Source: Felis catus
Lineage: Eukaryota
Assembly: GCF_018350175.1 (NCBI RefSeq)
Contig: NC_058368.1
Coordinates: forward strand, 43,464,001 to 43,528,000
Direction of reading: 5' to 3'
DNA: 64,000 nucleotides
The first letter of the stretch is position 1, and each line of letters starts with the position of its first letter. Shown one piece after another: positions 12,500 through 24,820 of the stretch. Made by a program: the position numbers and the translations under genes. The notes beneath the pieces were generated by a model. The model was not told where the DNA came from and did no database searches. It worked only from the letters and a program-made list of their open reading frames with translations.

Positions 12500-13330
12500 A
12501 AAAAATACAATTGCTTGTATTCTCTTTGCTGGTGACCTATTTTTTTTTTAAATCTTTGTCTCCAGAAGCTTTTAGAATTTTCTCTCTTATTCCTGCTGTT
12601 CTGCAATTTCACAATGATTTGTCTTGTTATGGATTTTTTCTTTATTGTGCTGGACTATCTGAAGGCTCTTTACTCTGTAAACTTCTATTGTTCAAGATTG
12701 AGAATCTTTTTTATATTATTATATTGATACTAACTTTACTTCCATTTTTCCCTTTCTCTTTTCCTGAAATCTGAATTGTCTTAATCAAGCATAATGATAG
12801 AATTCTCTTATCATTTCTCTTTTTAATCTCATCTTTTGTTTTATTTTGTGAATAATAATTTCAAGTTTATATTTCACATTTACTGTTTACTTATTTACTT
12901 GCTTATTTTTAAATTCTAATAACTTTTTTCTTATCTAAAATCTTCATTTCTAGAAAAGTGTTCCTTTGTTTCCTGGGTACACTGTCTTTTTAGAATAATT
13001 TTTAAACATCATACTGATTCCTGTATTTTTCTCATTTTCTCCAAATTTCTTTATCTCATTATTGATTTTTGTCTGGTTTTAAATCTCTAGGAACTTCCCT
13101 TAACTGTTTGATTATTCTTGGTTATCCTGGCATAATTAAATGCAAGAGTCAAAGAAACTAATAGAAAAATTTAGTGTATGTGGACAAATTATTATTGATG
13201 GGTGAACTGTATTTTGTGTTGATCAGATAGAGGGCTAGCTCTTTCACTGGGAAATCATGAAAAGCTACTGCCTATAGGTCTTTGCTTTTCCATTTCGTCT
13301 GTTTCGCTTTGTAGAATTCCATAATCATTC
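12500..13330 (-). mobile_element. Ancient L1M-type ORF1-region relic
   Basis: T-rich; gcttttagaattttctctcttattcc...atttcacaatgatttgtct resembles antisense L1 ORF1. Confidence 0.4.
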
Positions 13331-13496
13331 CTCTTGCTAATACCCTATTTACCTCTGTTTTGGAAGACAGTGTGAAAAAAGAGAAAATTATATTTACTTA
13401 ATTATCACCTTAATACTTGTATTTGGTGTCCATGAAATCAAAACCTCTCTTGGTCAAACTTTTCAGAAAGCTGGCCTTTGACAAATTATGGAGGCT

Positions 13497-13760
13497 GTAT
13501 GAATTATTTGCTCTATAACAAGTTACCCCAAAATTTAGTGACTTAAAACAAAAATAATCATTTATTATTCCCCAGAATTTTGGTGAGTCCATAATTCAGA
13601 AACAGTTTCTCTGGGCAGTTTTGGCTCAAGGTCTCTCAATGAGCTTGTAATCAGATGTCTGCCAGGCTTCAGTCATCTGAAGGCTTCACTGGAACTGGAG
13701 AATCTAACTACGGTTGTTAACAGACATAGCTGATACTGGCTATGGAACTAACTGCTTGGG
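13497..13760 (-). mobile_element. MLT1-like MaLR LTR fragment
   Basis: ataacaagttaccccaaaatttagtgacttaaaacaa...cagtcatctgaaggcttcactgg. Confidence 0.7.
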
Positions 13761-14759
13761 ATTCTCTCACTCCCTCGCCCTTTTTATGCATTTAAATTTT
13801 ATATTTATGTATCTAAACTATATAAGTAAGAACTTACAGACTTCTGGGAAGATGGTGGTGTAGGAGGACTCTGGGCTCACTGCATCCTGCTGATCACTTA
13901 GATTCCACCCACACCTGCCTAAATAACCCAGAAAACATCCAGAAGACTAGCAGAACGGATTCTCTGGAAACAAGCGCAGACGAGAGGCCCATGGAAAAGG
14001 GTAGGAAGGGCAGAGAGGCGGTGCGCGCTACAGGGACTGTCAGGAGGGAGCCGTGGCGGAGGGGTGGCCCGCCGGCCAAGCAGAGCCCCTGAGTCTGGCT
14101 TGCAAAAGCGGAGGGGCCGGATGGAGTATGTTCGACAGCAAGTGGGACTTTACATCTGGAAGGTTATAAGCTAACAGCTCTGCTCTGAGAACAGGATGGC
14201 TGGAGGACAACAGGAGAAGGAGTTGTTGAGCCCCAGACAACAGAGCTCAGTTTAGAGGGGAACAAAGGCGCTCCCCAGCGCCATCTCCCTCGCCCATCCC
14301 CCAGCCAAAATCCCAAAGGGAACCAGTTCCTGCCAGGGAACTTGCTTCCACCGCACAAACACCCAACACTGTGCTTCTGCAGATCCATCCCTCTGGCGGG
14401 TCTGACTCCCTCCTGGTGCCACAGGACCCCTCCCGAAATGGATCTCCTAAGGAAAAGCGAGCTGAGCCTGCCCCTCCTGCCCCCGTGCACCTTGCCGATC
14501 CACCCCAGCTAATACTCCACATCCCCAGCACCACAAGCCTGGCAGTGTGCAAGTAGCCCAGATGGGCCACGCCACCCCACAGTGAAACCCGCCCCTAGGA
14601 GAGGGGAGGAGAAGGCATACACCAGTCTGACTGTGGCCCCAGCAGTGGGGTGGGGGCATACATCAGGTCTGACTGCGGCCCCGCCCACCAACGCAAGTTA
14701 TTCAAGACAGCACAAGGGAAGTGCCCCACAGCCCCCCACTAATCCAGGGACCATCCAAA

Positions 14760-15650
14760 ATGACGAAATGGAAGAATTCCCCTCAGAAAAATGTCCAGGA
14801 AATAATAACAGCTAACGAACTGATCAAAAATGATTTAAACAATACAACAGAAAGTGAATTTAGAATAATAGTCATAAAAATTAATCACTGGGCTTAAAAA
14901 GAGTATAGAAGACAGCAGAGAATCTATTGATACAAAGATCAAGGGACTAAGGAACAGTCAGGAGGAGCTAAAAAATGCTATCAATGAGCTGCAAAATAAA
15001 ATGGAGATGACCACAGCTTGGATTGAAGAGGCAGAGGAGAGAATAGGTGAACTGGAAGATAAAATAATGGAAAAAGAAGAAGCTGAGAAAAAGATAAAAA
15101 AATCCAGGAGTATGAGGGGAAAATTAGAGAACTAAGTGATGCACTAAAGAGAAATAATCTACACATAATTGGTATTCCAGAGGAGGAAGAGAGAGGGAAA
15201 GGTGCTGAAGGTGTACTTGAAGAAATCATAGCTGAGAACTTCCCTGATCTGGGGAAGGAAAAAGGCATTGAAATCCAAGAGGCACAGAGAACTCCCTTCA
15301 GATGTAACATGAATCGATCTTCTGCATGACATATCATAGTGAAACTGGCAAAATACAAGGATAAAGAGAAAATTCTGAAAGCAGCTAGGGATAAACGTGC
15401 TCTAACATATAAAGGGAGACCAATAAGACTCATGATGGATCTCTCTACTGAAACTTAGCAGGCCAGAAAGGAATGGCAGGAAATCTTCAATGTGATGAAC
15501 AGAAAAAGTATGCAGCCGAGAATCCTTTATCTAGCAAATCTGTCATTTAGAATAGAAGGAGACATAAAGGTCTTCACAAACAAACAAAAACTGAAGGAAT
15601 TCGTCACCACTAAACCAGCCCTACAAGAGACCCTAAGGGGAATCCTGTGA
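14760..15650 (+). pseudogene. L1 ORF1p (disrupted)
   Basis: ATG ACG AAA TGG AAG AAT TCC CCT CAG start; IGIPEEEERGKGAE and AENFPDL motifs; frameshifts and stops; ends ctgtga. Confidence 0.88.
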
Positions 15651-15698
15651 GACAAAGTACCAGACATCGCTACAAGCATGAAATCTACAGACATCACA

Positions 15699-18600
15699 AT
15701 GACTCTAAACCCATATCTTTCTATAATAACACTGAATGTAAATGGACTAAATGTGCCAACCAAAAGACATAGGGTATCAGAATGGATAAAAAAACAAGAC
15801 CCATCTATTTGCTGTCTACAAGAGACTCATTTTAGACCTAAGAACACCTTCAGATTGAAAGTGAGGGAATGGAGAACTATTTATCATGCCACTGGAAGTC
15901 AAAACAAAGCCGGAGTAGCCATACTTATATCCGACATACTAGACTTCAAGTTAAAGTCTATAACAAGAGATGAAGAAGGGCATTATGTAATAATCACAGG
16001 GTCTATCCATCAGGAAGAGCTAACAATTATAAATGTCTATGCACCGAATACGGGAGCCCCCAAATATATAAAACAATTACTCACAAACATAAGCAACCTT
16101 ATTGATAAGAATGTGCTAATTTCAGGGGACTTTAATACCCCACTGATAGAAATTTATCGATCATCTAGAAACACGGTCAATAAAGAAACAAATTACCTGA
16201 ATGATACATTGGATCAGATGGACTTGATAGATATATTTAGAACTCTGCATCCCAGAGCAACAGAATATACTTTCTTCTCGAGTGCACATGGAACATTCTC
16301 CAAGATAGATCACATACTGGGTCACAAAACAACCCTTCATAAGTATAAAAGAATTGAGATCATACCATGCACACTTTCGGACTACAATGCTATGAAGCTT
16401 GAAATCAACCACAGGAAAAAGTCTGGAAAACCTCCAAAAGCATGGAGGTTAAAGAACACCCTACTAACGAATGAATGGGTCAACCAGCCAATTAGAGAAG
16501 AAATTAAAAAATATATGGAAACAAACAAAAATTAAAATACAACCATCCAAACACTTTGGGATACAGCGAAGGCAGTCCTGAGAGGAAAATACATTGCAAT
16601 CCAGGCCTATCTCAAGAAAGAAGAAAAATCCCAAGTACAAAATCTAACAGCACACCTAAAGGAAATAGAAGCAGAACAGCAAAGGCAGCCTAAATCCAGC
16701 AGAAGAAGAGAAATAATAAAGATCAGAGCAGAAATAAACACTATAGAATCTAAAAAAACTGTAGAGCAGATCAACGAAACCAAGAGTTGTTTTTTTGAAA
16801 AAATAAACAAATTGATAAACCTCTAGCCAGGCTTCTCAAAAAGAAAAGGGAGATGACCCAAATAGATAAAATCATGAATGAAAATGGAATTATTACAACC
16901 AATCCCTCAGAGATACAAGCAATTATCAGGGAATACTATGAAAAATTATATGCCAACAAACTGGACAACCTGGAAGAAATGGACAAATTCCTAAACACCC
17001 ACACACTTCCAAAACTCAACCAGGAGGAAATAGAAAACTTGAACAGACCCATAACCAGCAAAGAAATTGAATCAGTTATCAAAAATCTCCCAACAAATAA
17101 GAGTCCAGGACCAGATGGCTTCCCAGGGGAGTTCTACCAGATGTTTAAAGCAGAGATAATACCTATCCTTCTCAAGTTATTCCAAAAAATAGAAAGGGAA
17201 GGACAACTTGCAGACTCATTCTATGAAGCCAGTATTACTTTGATTCCTAAACCAGACAGAGACCCAGTAAAAAAAGAGAACTACAGGCCAATATCCCTGA
17301 TGAATATGGATGCAAAAATTCTCAATAAGATACTAGCAAATCAAATTCAACAGCATATAAAAAGAATTATTCACCATGATCAAGTGGGATTCATTCCTGG
17401 GCTGCAGGTCTGGTTCAACATTTGCAAATCAATCAACGTGATACATCACATTAATAAAAGAAAAGATAAGAATCATATGATCCTGTCAATTGATGCAGAA
17501 AAGGCATTTGAAAAAAATTCAGCATCCTTTCTTAATAAAAACCCTCAAGAAAGTTGGGATAGAAGGAACATACTTAAATATCATAAAAGCCATTCATGAA
17601 AAGCCCACAGCTAGCATTATCCTCAATGGGGAAAAACTTGAGAGCTTTTTCCCTGAGAGTAGGAACATGACGGGGATGTCCACTCTCATCGCTCTTGTTC
17701 AACATAGTGTTGGAAGTTCTAGCATCAGCAATCAGAAAGCAAAAGGAAATCAAAGGCATCAAAATGGGCAAAGATGAAGTCAAGCTTTCACTTTTTGCAG
17801 ATGACATGATATCATACATGGAAAATCTGATAGACTCCACCAAAAGTATGCTAGAACTGGTACATGATTTCAGCAAAGTTGGAGGACACAAAATCAATGT
17901 ACAGAAATAAGTTGCATTCTTATACACTAATAATGAAGCAACAGAAAGACAAATAAAGAAACTGATTCCATTCACAATTGCACCAAGAAGCATAAAATAC
18001 CTAGGGATAAATCTAACCAAAGATGTAAAAGATCTATATGCTGAAAACTATAGAAAGCTTGTGAAGGAAATTGAAGATATAAAGAAATGGAAAAACATTC
18101 CGTGCTCATGTGTTGGAAGAATAAATATTGTTAAAATGTCAATACTACCCAAAGCTATCTACACATTGAATGCAATCCCAATCAAAATTGTACCAGCATT
18201 CTTCTAGAAGCTAGAACAAGCAATCCGAAAATTCATATGGAACCACATAAGGCCCCAAATAGCCAAAGTAATTTTGAAGAAGACCAAAGCAGGAGGCATC
18301 AGAATCCCAGACTTTAGCCTCTACTACAAAGCTGTCATCATCAAGACAGCATGGTATTGGCACAAAAACAGACACATAGACCAATGGAATAGAATAGAAA
18401 CCCCAGAACTAGACCCACAAAAGTATGGCCAACTCATCTTTGACAAAGCAGGAAAGAATATCCAATGGAAAAACGACAGTCTCTTTAACAAATGGTGCTG
18501 GGAGAACTGGACAGCAACATGCAGGAGTGCTGATGCATAGGGGCACTTGTACCCCAGTGTTTATAGCAGCACTCTCAACAATAGCCAAATTATGGAAAGA

Positions 18601-18720
18601 GCCTAAATGTCCATCAACTGATGAATGGATAAAGAAATTGTGGTTTAAATACACAGTGGAGTATTACGTGGCAATGCGAAAGAATGAAATATGGCCCTTT
18701 GTAGCAACATGGATGGAACT
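15699..18720 (+). pseudogene. L1 ORF2p endonuclease/reverse transcriptase (disrupted)
   Basis: EN motifs TLNVNGLN, CLQETH, GDFNTPL, SKIDHI, SDYN; RT motifs [20 protein letters not shown]; stop at 16533-16535 and several frameshifts. Confidence 0.95.
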
Positions 18721-19042
18721 GGAGAGTGTTATGCTAAGTGAAATAAGCCATACAGAGAAAGACATATACCATATGGTTTCACTTTTATGTGGATCCTGAG
18801 AAACTTAACAGAAACCCATGAGGGAGGGGAAGGAAAAAAAAAACAGGTTAGAGTGGAAGAGAGCCAAAGTATAAGAGACTCTTAAAAGCTGAGAACAAAC
18901 CGAGGGTTGATGGGGGGTGTGAGGGAGAGGAGGGTGGGTGATGGGTATTGAAGAGGGCATCTTTTGGGATGAGCAGTGGGTGTTGTATGGAAACCAATTT
19001 GACAATAAATTTCATTTATTGGAAAAAAAAAGAACTTACAGA

Positions 19043-19510
19043 TCCTAGTTGTTTATGTTGTTCAAATGGTTCTAGGTTTGGCCACTAGGCATTCTTTTCA
19101 TTTGGTTCCTATGTCCTTTTGGCATGTCCTATCCTTCTATTCCTTCCTCTCTTCCTTCCTTCCTTTCTTCTCCTTATTTCTGTCATTTTGAATACCTTGT
19201 GTTGATCCCACGTATCCTGTGGCCCAGCCCTGAAATCAGCGATTGTCCAAGAAGCCCTGGTTCTTTTTATAGGTGAATTCTATTGGAAACCAAGATCTGG
19301 GCACCGTTTGTGTTCATTGCTATTGGAGTATCTTTGGTTCTGGGACTTTTCGGCAGAAAGAAACAGAAGATCTATGCATGTATACCAATCCATGCAGACA
19401 CTTGTATCTGTAATTATTATTGTGTCAGTTTATCTACAATTCAGCTAAACATGAGAGTTTGTAATGATTCCCCCCACTAATGCCATACCACATGAATCAT
19501 TCTAGACTGT
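19043..19510 (-). mobile_element. Old L1MC-like 3' relic adjoining the young L1
   Basis: tttggccactaggc...cccagccctgaaatcagc...ccaagaagccctggttc...gaaaccaagatctgggcac motifs. Confidence 0.55.
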
Positions 19511-19944
19511 TTCAGGGCATTCATTTTGTAGTGGAGAATCCAACTATAGACCCTGAATTTAACACCTCCCTTTAATTAAGTAACAGAAGTTGACCTGGCA
19601 ATTTTGTCAGAAGAATTCCAAGATCCACTCTCAGGGATGGGATCATTTTGTATATTTTTTGTTTGCTTGCTTATTGTTGTTTTCATTTCAGTTTTCTCCT
19701 ATACATGGTTTTCTCTAGTTTAACTTTCTTTAAAGATTTTTTTTTAAATGATCACAGTGGATGATGTAGCAGAATTTAACTGAATTTCAGTATTCTAAGT
19801 ATTAAGATGGGGTCATTAAAATTAACATGTCCAGTTATATTCTGTGTGTTTTAACATCAGTGATACTGAACTGATTAAGATTAGTAACATTTTATAAGTT
19901 GATGCCTCAGATATTAGAGCTGTTTAACATTAGTGTCTCTTGTA

Positions 19945-20163
19945 GGGGTGCCTGTGTGGCTCAGTCAGTTAAGCATCCAACTTCGGCTCTGGTCATGATC
20001 TCTTGGTCCATGAGTTCGAGGCCTGTGTCGGGCTCTGTCCTGACAGGTCAGAGCCTGGAGCTTGCTTCAGATTGTGTCTCCCTCTCTCTTTGCTCCTCCC
20101 CTCCCCCCCCCCCCCCACCCACACTCTGTCTCTCAAAAATGAATCAATGTTAAAAAAAATTAA
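19945..20163 (+). mobile_element. Can-SINE
   Basis: Canonical head; TSD aacatta(g/c)tgt(c/g)tcttgtag 19926-19945/20164-20183. Confidence 0.95.
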
Positions 20164-20719
20164 AACATTACTGTGTCTTGTAGAATTTACCTTACCCTAG
20201 CAGTGAATCACTTTAAAATTCAAATCTCTAAGCAAAAAATTTTGTAAGTGCTTTTTATATTTGACAACTATGTGTGTTTAATTGCAACAATGATCTAATC
20301 ATAAAGCCTATTTCATAGTAAGTAGAAGCATCTGCTTTAATTACAGTGGAATTTCACTGGAAAATAACAGTGGCTTTCACTGGATAAATAAATAAGTAAA
20401 CAAACACAAATAAATAAAGGCACACCATTACCATCCTTATAACCCAATAATAGCCCAATAATTTTTATCTGAAATAGGAGAAAAAATATCCACTACTTGC
20501 ATTAAGACTTAAAATCATATTAAAATGTAAATATGCACAAGATATACCTTTTGAATTGTAGTTCATGTATACTCAAAATCACAAGTTGTTCAATATTATT
20601 TATGGTATTTTCTCTATAGATGAATTTAGTACAATGATAGTAACAATAACCATACAATAACCTTGTCTGCTAAAAGAGAAATAAAGTCCTAGGGAGATTA
20701 AGAGTAGGGTAGGAAAGAC

Positions 20720-20901
20720 CCTAGCTTAAAGTTTCAGACTAATGTACCATATCTGTTACACAACTTTTACCATGTAAAAATGAAAAAACAAAAACAAAAT
20801 AATCTTCTTAAGCCTCAGTTTTCTTGTTTTTTTTTTTATTTTTTAATGTTTATTTATTTTTGAGAGAAAGAGAGAGACAGAGCACAAATGGGGGGAGGGG
20901 C

Positions 20902-20934
<33 letters not shown>

Positions 20935-21190
20935 ATCTGAAGCAGCCTCCAGGCTCCGTGCTGTCAGCACAGAGCCTGATGTAGGGCTTGAAGTAGCTAA
21001 CTGCAAGATCATGACCTGAGCTGAAGTCGGACGTTTAATTGACTGAGACACCCAGACACCCCATCATTTTTCTTATTTGTAAATTTAGTAATTATGTTGT
21101 ATGTATCAAGGATTATTATTAGAATTAAATGAGAAAATATGTGTAAACCTCACTGGTCAGTGAGAAATATGCAGTTTGTTCTATAAATAT
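20720..21190 (+). mobile_element. MIR relic interrupted by a SINE
   Basis: cttaagcctcagttttctt...tgtaaa...attagaattaaatgagaaaatatgtgtaaa. Confidence 0.5.
20830..21062 (-). mobile_element. Can-SINE
   Basis: tttatttatttttgagag...gatcatgacctgagctgaagtcggacg...cacccagacacccc. Confidence 0.95.
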
Positions 21191-22004
21191 TGGTTGTCTT
21201 TCTCTTCCCTAATAGCAGTGAATGAGGAAAAGATACTGGATAAAAGTTAATCTGTTCAGATTAGTTAACGTATTTAATTAAGTTGTCGATTCCTATTCAG
21301 ATAGCCCAATGACTTAAGTCCATTCTACTATGAACCCTCCAAGTGGTCTGTTTTAACTTATATATGAATTTGAAAATAGAGAGTGGATAAAGAAATAAGT
21401 TCTGCCACATTATTTTTCCACACTGCTACTTAGCATTTGATATACTTGTGGAGTGGCCTAGAAAAAGAAAATATTGGGCTCAGTTTCACGGTCCTAGTGG
21501 TATCAAGGAAAGATGTTACACTGGGGCCTGTAATAGCAGTCCTGGAAGTCCACGCATCATCTTTCATTTTCAGACTTCCACATTAGGTTGCCTGGTCCTG
21601 AATAAGACAGGACTAGTAGAAGAGGAAAATTATCTTTATGTATTATATGTATATATCTTGTATATAATATATAAGAGGAAAAAATATAGAGAGAGGAGAC
21701 AGAATTACTAGAACTCTATCATTATCCATTCTCCAAACCATTGAACATATAGATAACATTCTATAAACATAAGTATTTCTAAACATATTATCAGAAACAT
21801 AATCATGCTCAAAATTAGAAAATTATCTCTAAAAGAATTGTCTGCAATTTTGTGATCTTTATCTCAGTTCTCTTTGGTATGTGGCCAATAATCCAGCTTT
21901 AAATTGTCAGAAATTCAAATTATCTTAAAAAGTTAAAAGGTAGAGTTCAAGAGAATCCTTTCAAATTTACATGTTTGTTATATGGTCATATAGATATACA
22001 TTTT

Positions 22005-22213
22005 TTTTAACATTTGTTTATTTTTGAGACAGAGAGAGACAGAGCATGAACGGGGGAGGGGCAGAGAGAGAGGGGGAGACACAGAATCGGAAGCAGGCTC
22101 CAGGCTCTGAGCTGTCAGCACAGAGCCTGACTCAGGGCTCGAACCCACGAACCGTGAGATCATGACCTGAGCCGAAGTTGGATGCTCAACTGACTGAGCC
22201 ACCCAGGCGCCCC
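22005..22213 (-). mobile_element. Young SINEC_Fc-type SINE
   Basis: Near-consensus; TSD tagatatacatttt 21991-22004/22214-22227. Confidence 0.97.
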
Positions 22214-22351
22214 TAGATATACATTTTAATTTGCTCCTACAAAGATTTTATCTGTAGATATCTTAAGATTAAAAGAAGATTTCCATTTGTATCTTGAAAT
22301 GAAAATGTTCTTTAGTTATCTTGAGATATTTGTTTTATAAATTACATAATT

Positions 22352-22574
22352 GGGGGGACCTGGGTGACTCAGTCATTTGAATATCTGATTTTTGATTTCA
22401 GCTCAGGTCATGATCCCAGAATCCTGAGATTAAGCCCCACATTGGGTTCTGCGTTGAGCAAGCGTGGAACTTACTTAAGATTCTCTCTCTCCCTCTACCC
22501 CTCTCCCTACTTGTGCTATCTCAGTCTCTCTCTTTATCTCTCTCTCTCTAAACACAAAATCTTTAAAAAACAAG
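22352..22574 (+). mobile_element. Older Can-SINE
   Basis: TSD aaattacataattg 22339-22352/22575-22588. Confidence 0.92.
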
Positions 22575-23454
22575 AAATTACATAATTGTGTGTGTTCGAA
22601 AATAGGATCACATGCATGCAAATTCATTTGTTTCATTCACTTTGGAAGACACATCATGATGTTAGGTTTGTTAGGTGCAAATATTTAAAAGATCAAATTA
22701 TAAGAATTTGATCATAGTTATTCACAGCTACAAATGATTATATAGTTAGCCCTTCATTTATAGCAACTGCTGAAGGTCTAAGAGCTTGTGAACAGAGGAA
22801 TTCTGTGATAATTATATAATAAAACAAAAGCATTTAGATAGTGCTTGCATTTTAAATAATGTCATTATGTAAGTAGTCTTATTTGATTATAAGAAATCAC
22901 ATGCACTTGGGAATACTGTATTATCTTTTTCTCTGACTGGCTCTTTCTACTGTTTGTTCAACTGTTGTCTGTGTATCCATTCTTAGTCACATTGTTGGTC
23001 AAGATATCATTGGTGTGGTATACTATTACCCCTTGGGATACTGACTGACTGGTTCATAGGGGTTTCCTTTGATAATCACAAGTAACCTTCTCACATTGTT
23101 TCAATAAACTTGGCCTTTTAAACTTCTTGGTAAGTTTCCCATTACTGTCTAGAGAAATGTCCTCTGTTCATTTGTGGACAAATGTATGACCATTAAATGA
23201 TAATTACCATAGCATCTTGTTTCCCCAGGACATACCTCAGCAATTGTTGCATACCATTTCAGTCCATAATCATATCATTATATTTTATATACACACACAC
23301 AACACACACACACACTTCTTACATTATTTTCCAGCTTGAGAGAGAAGTGTTGTTCTCTCTCAGAGACTTACTTCAACTCTACTTTTGACTTTAGGATTAG
23401 AAATTAACATAGCATTTCTCTTCTTAGCAAACTTCCAGAGTTTTGTTTTAGGTA

Positions 23455-23910
23455 TAAGTGGTTGTCTAACAAAGCATCCCAAAGCTTAAAAACGTAATCC
23501 TTTTATTTTCTTACAATTTTGTGAATCAACACTTTCATCTGGATTTAGCTAGACATTATTATACTGGTCACTCTTGGGATAACTTTGGGCTTTGATGTTC
23601 TGGGGCTTGATGAGGGATGAATGACTTAAAATGACCTTACTCACATGTCTGGGTTGGTTCTGGCTATTTACTGGGCCATGCAACCCAGCAGGCTAGCACA
23701 GGTTTCTTCACAGGTCAGTGAAAGGGTTCCAGCCAGTAGCATAGGAGGTATAGCCCCAATGTGTAAGTAGGTTTCAAGCCTCTGTTTGTAATATGTTTTC
23801 TAATGTCTTACTGACCAAAGCAAATATCAAAGCCAAGTGTCAATGTGGAGGGGACTATACAAGGATATGGATACAAAAAAAGATTATTAGACGGCATTAG
23901 TATGTGAGTC
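23455..23910 (-). mobile_element. MLT1-like MaLR LTR relic
   Basis: taacaaagcatcccaaagcttaaaa...actcacatgtctgg...cagcaggctagc...gggactatacaaggatatggatac. Confidence 0.65.
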
Positions 23911-24055
23911 TTCTATATACATTCATGTATTCACATGGTTATTTAAGGTGAAAACTTTAGGGGACAAAATCAGCAGGCTACTTTTCTTAAGTTGACATGT
24001 GGCACTCATCAATTTGGAAAATTTAACAAGGTCTAAAACCCTTTGGTGTTTTGCT

Positions 24056-24288
24056 TTTTTATTATTTTTTAATGTTTATTTTTGAGAGAGAGAGAGAGAG
24101 AGAGCGCGCATGAGGGAGTGAGGGGGAGTAGCAGAGAGAGAGGGAGACATAGAATCTGAAGCAGCCTCCAGGTTCTGAGCTGTCAGCACAGAGCCAGAGT
24201 TGGGGCTCAAACTCACGAACTGAACTGTGAGATCATGACCTGAGCCATAGTTGGACACTTAACCAACTGAGCCACCCAGGCACCCCCC
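24056..24288 (-). mobile_element. Can-SINE
   Basis: TSD ctttggtgttttgct 24041-24055/24290-24304. Confidence 0.95.
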
Positions 24289-24596
24289 TCTTTGGTGTTT
24301 TGCTGACAAAATGTATTGTGAAAACACTGAGGCACTGAGTTTGGTTACATTTTCCTGGGTTGATGCGTATTTACTAAAGTCACAGAATTGATTAGTGAGA
24401 CTGGAACGTCTGTTTGGAATTTTGTAGAGAGAACCATGGCTGTGGTTTGAACTAGCATGATACCAGGTTAAGATCACCCATTTCATAATAGGCACAGCAT
24501 TCCTTAAGGAATATGACCACATGCATTTTTTTATTAACTAAGGTTCTTTAAACCTCTGGACATAGTTGGGCTACTATGTCTCTGAGTTTTACCTAA

Positions 24597-24820
24597 TTTT
24601 TTTAAATGTTTATTTATTTTGAGAGAGAGAGGAAGAGAGTGCACACGTGCACACGAGCAGAGGAGGGGAGCAGAAAGACAGGAAGAGAGGGAATCCCAAG
24701 CAGACTCCGCACTGCCAGCTCAGAGCGCCACGTGAGGCTCAATACCACAAACCGCGAGATCATGACCTGATCCAAAATCACAAGTTGGGCTCTTAACCGA
24801 TTGAGCCACCCAGCTACCCC
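24597..24820 (-). mobile_element. Can-SINE
   Basis: gagatcatgacctga...ttaaccgattgagccaccc. Confidence 0.92.

Larger units (their letters stand above)
13841..19029 (+). mobile_element. Relatively young felid LINE-1 with 5'UTR, ORF1, ORF2, 3'UTR and a ~0.7 kb internal deletion
   Basis: CpG-containing 5'UTR, ORF1/ORF2 remnants, G-rich 3'UTR, AATAAA and A-tail; perfect TSD aagaacttacaga 13828-13840/19030-19042. Confidence 0.97.

Noticed and set aside
13894..14815. Cluster of ORFs in a GC-rich region (possible gene or ORF0-like)
   Set aside because: Expected from the stop-poor GC-rich L1 5'UTR; no independent evidence of coding.
15678..17599. 285-aa and 248-aa ORFs as a novel nuclease/RT system
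   Set aside because: They are standard L1 ORF2p EN and RT fragments broken by stops and frameshifts.
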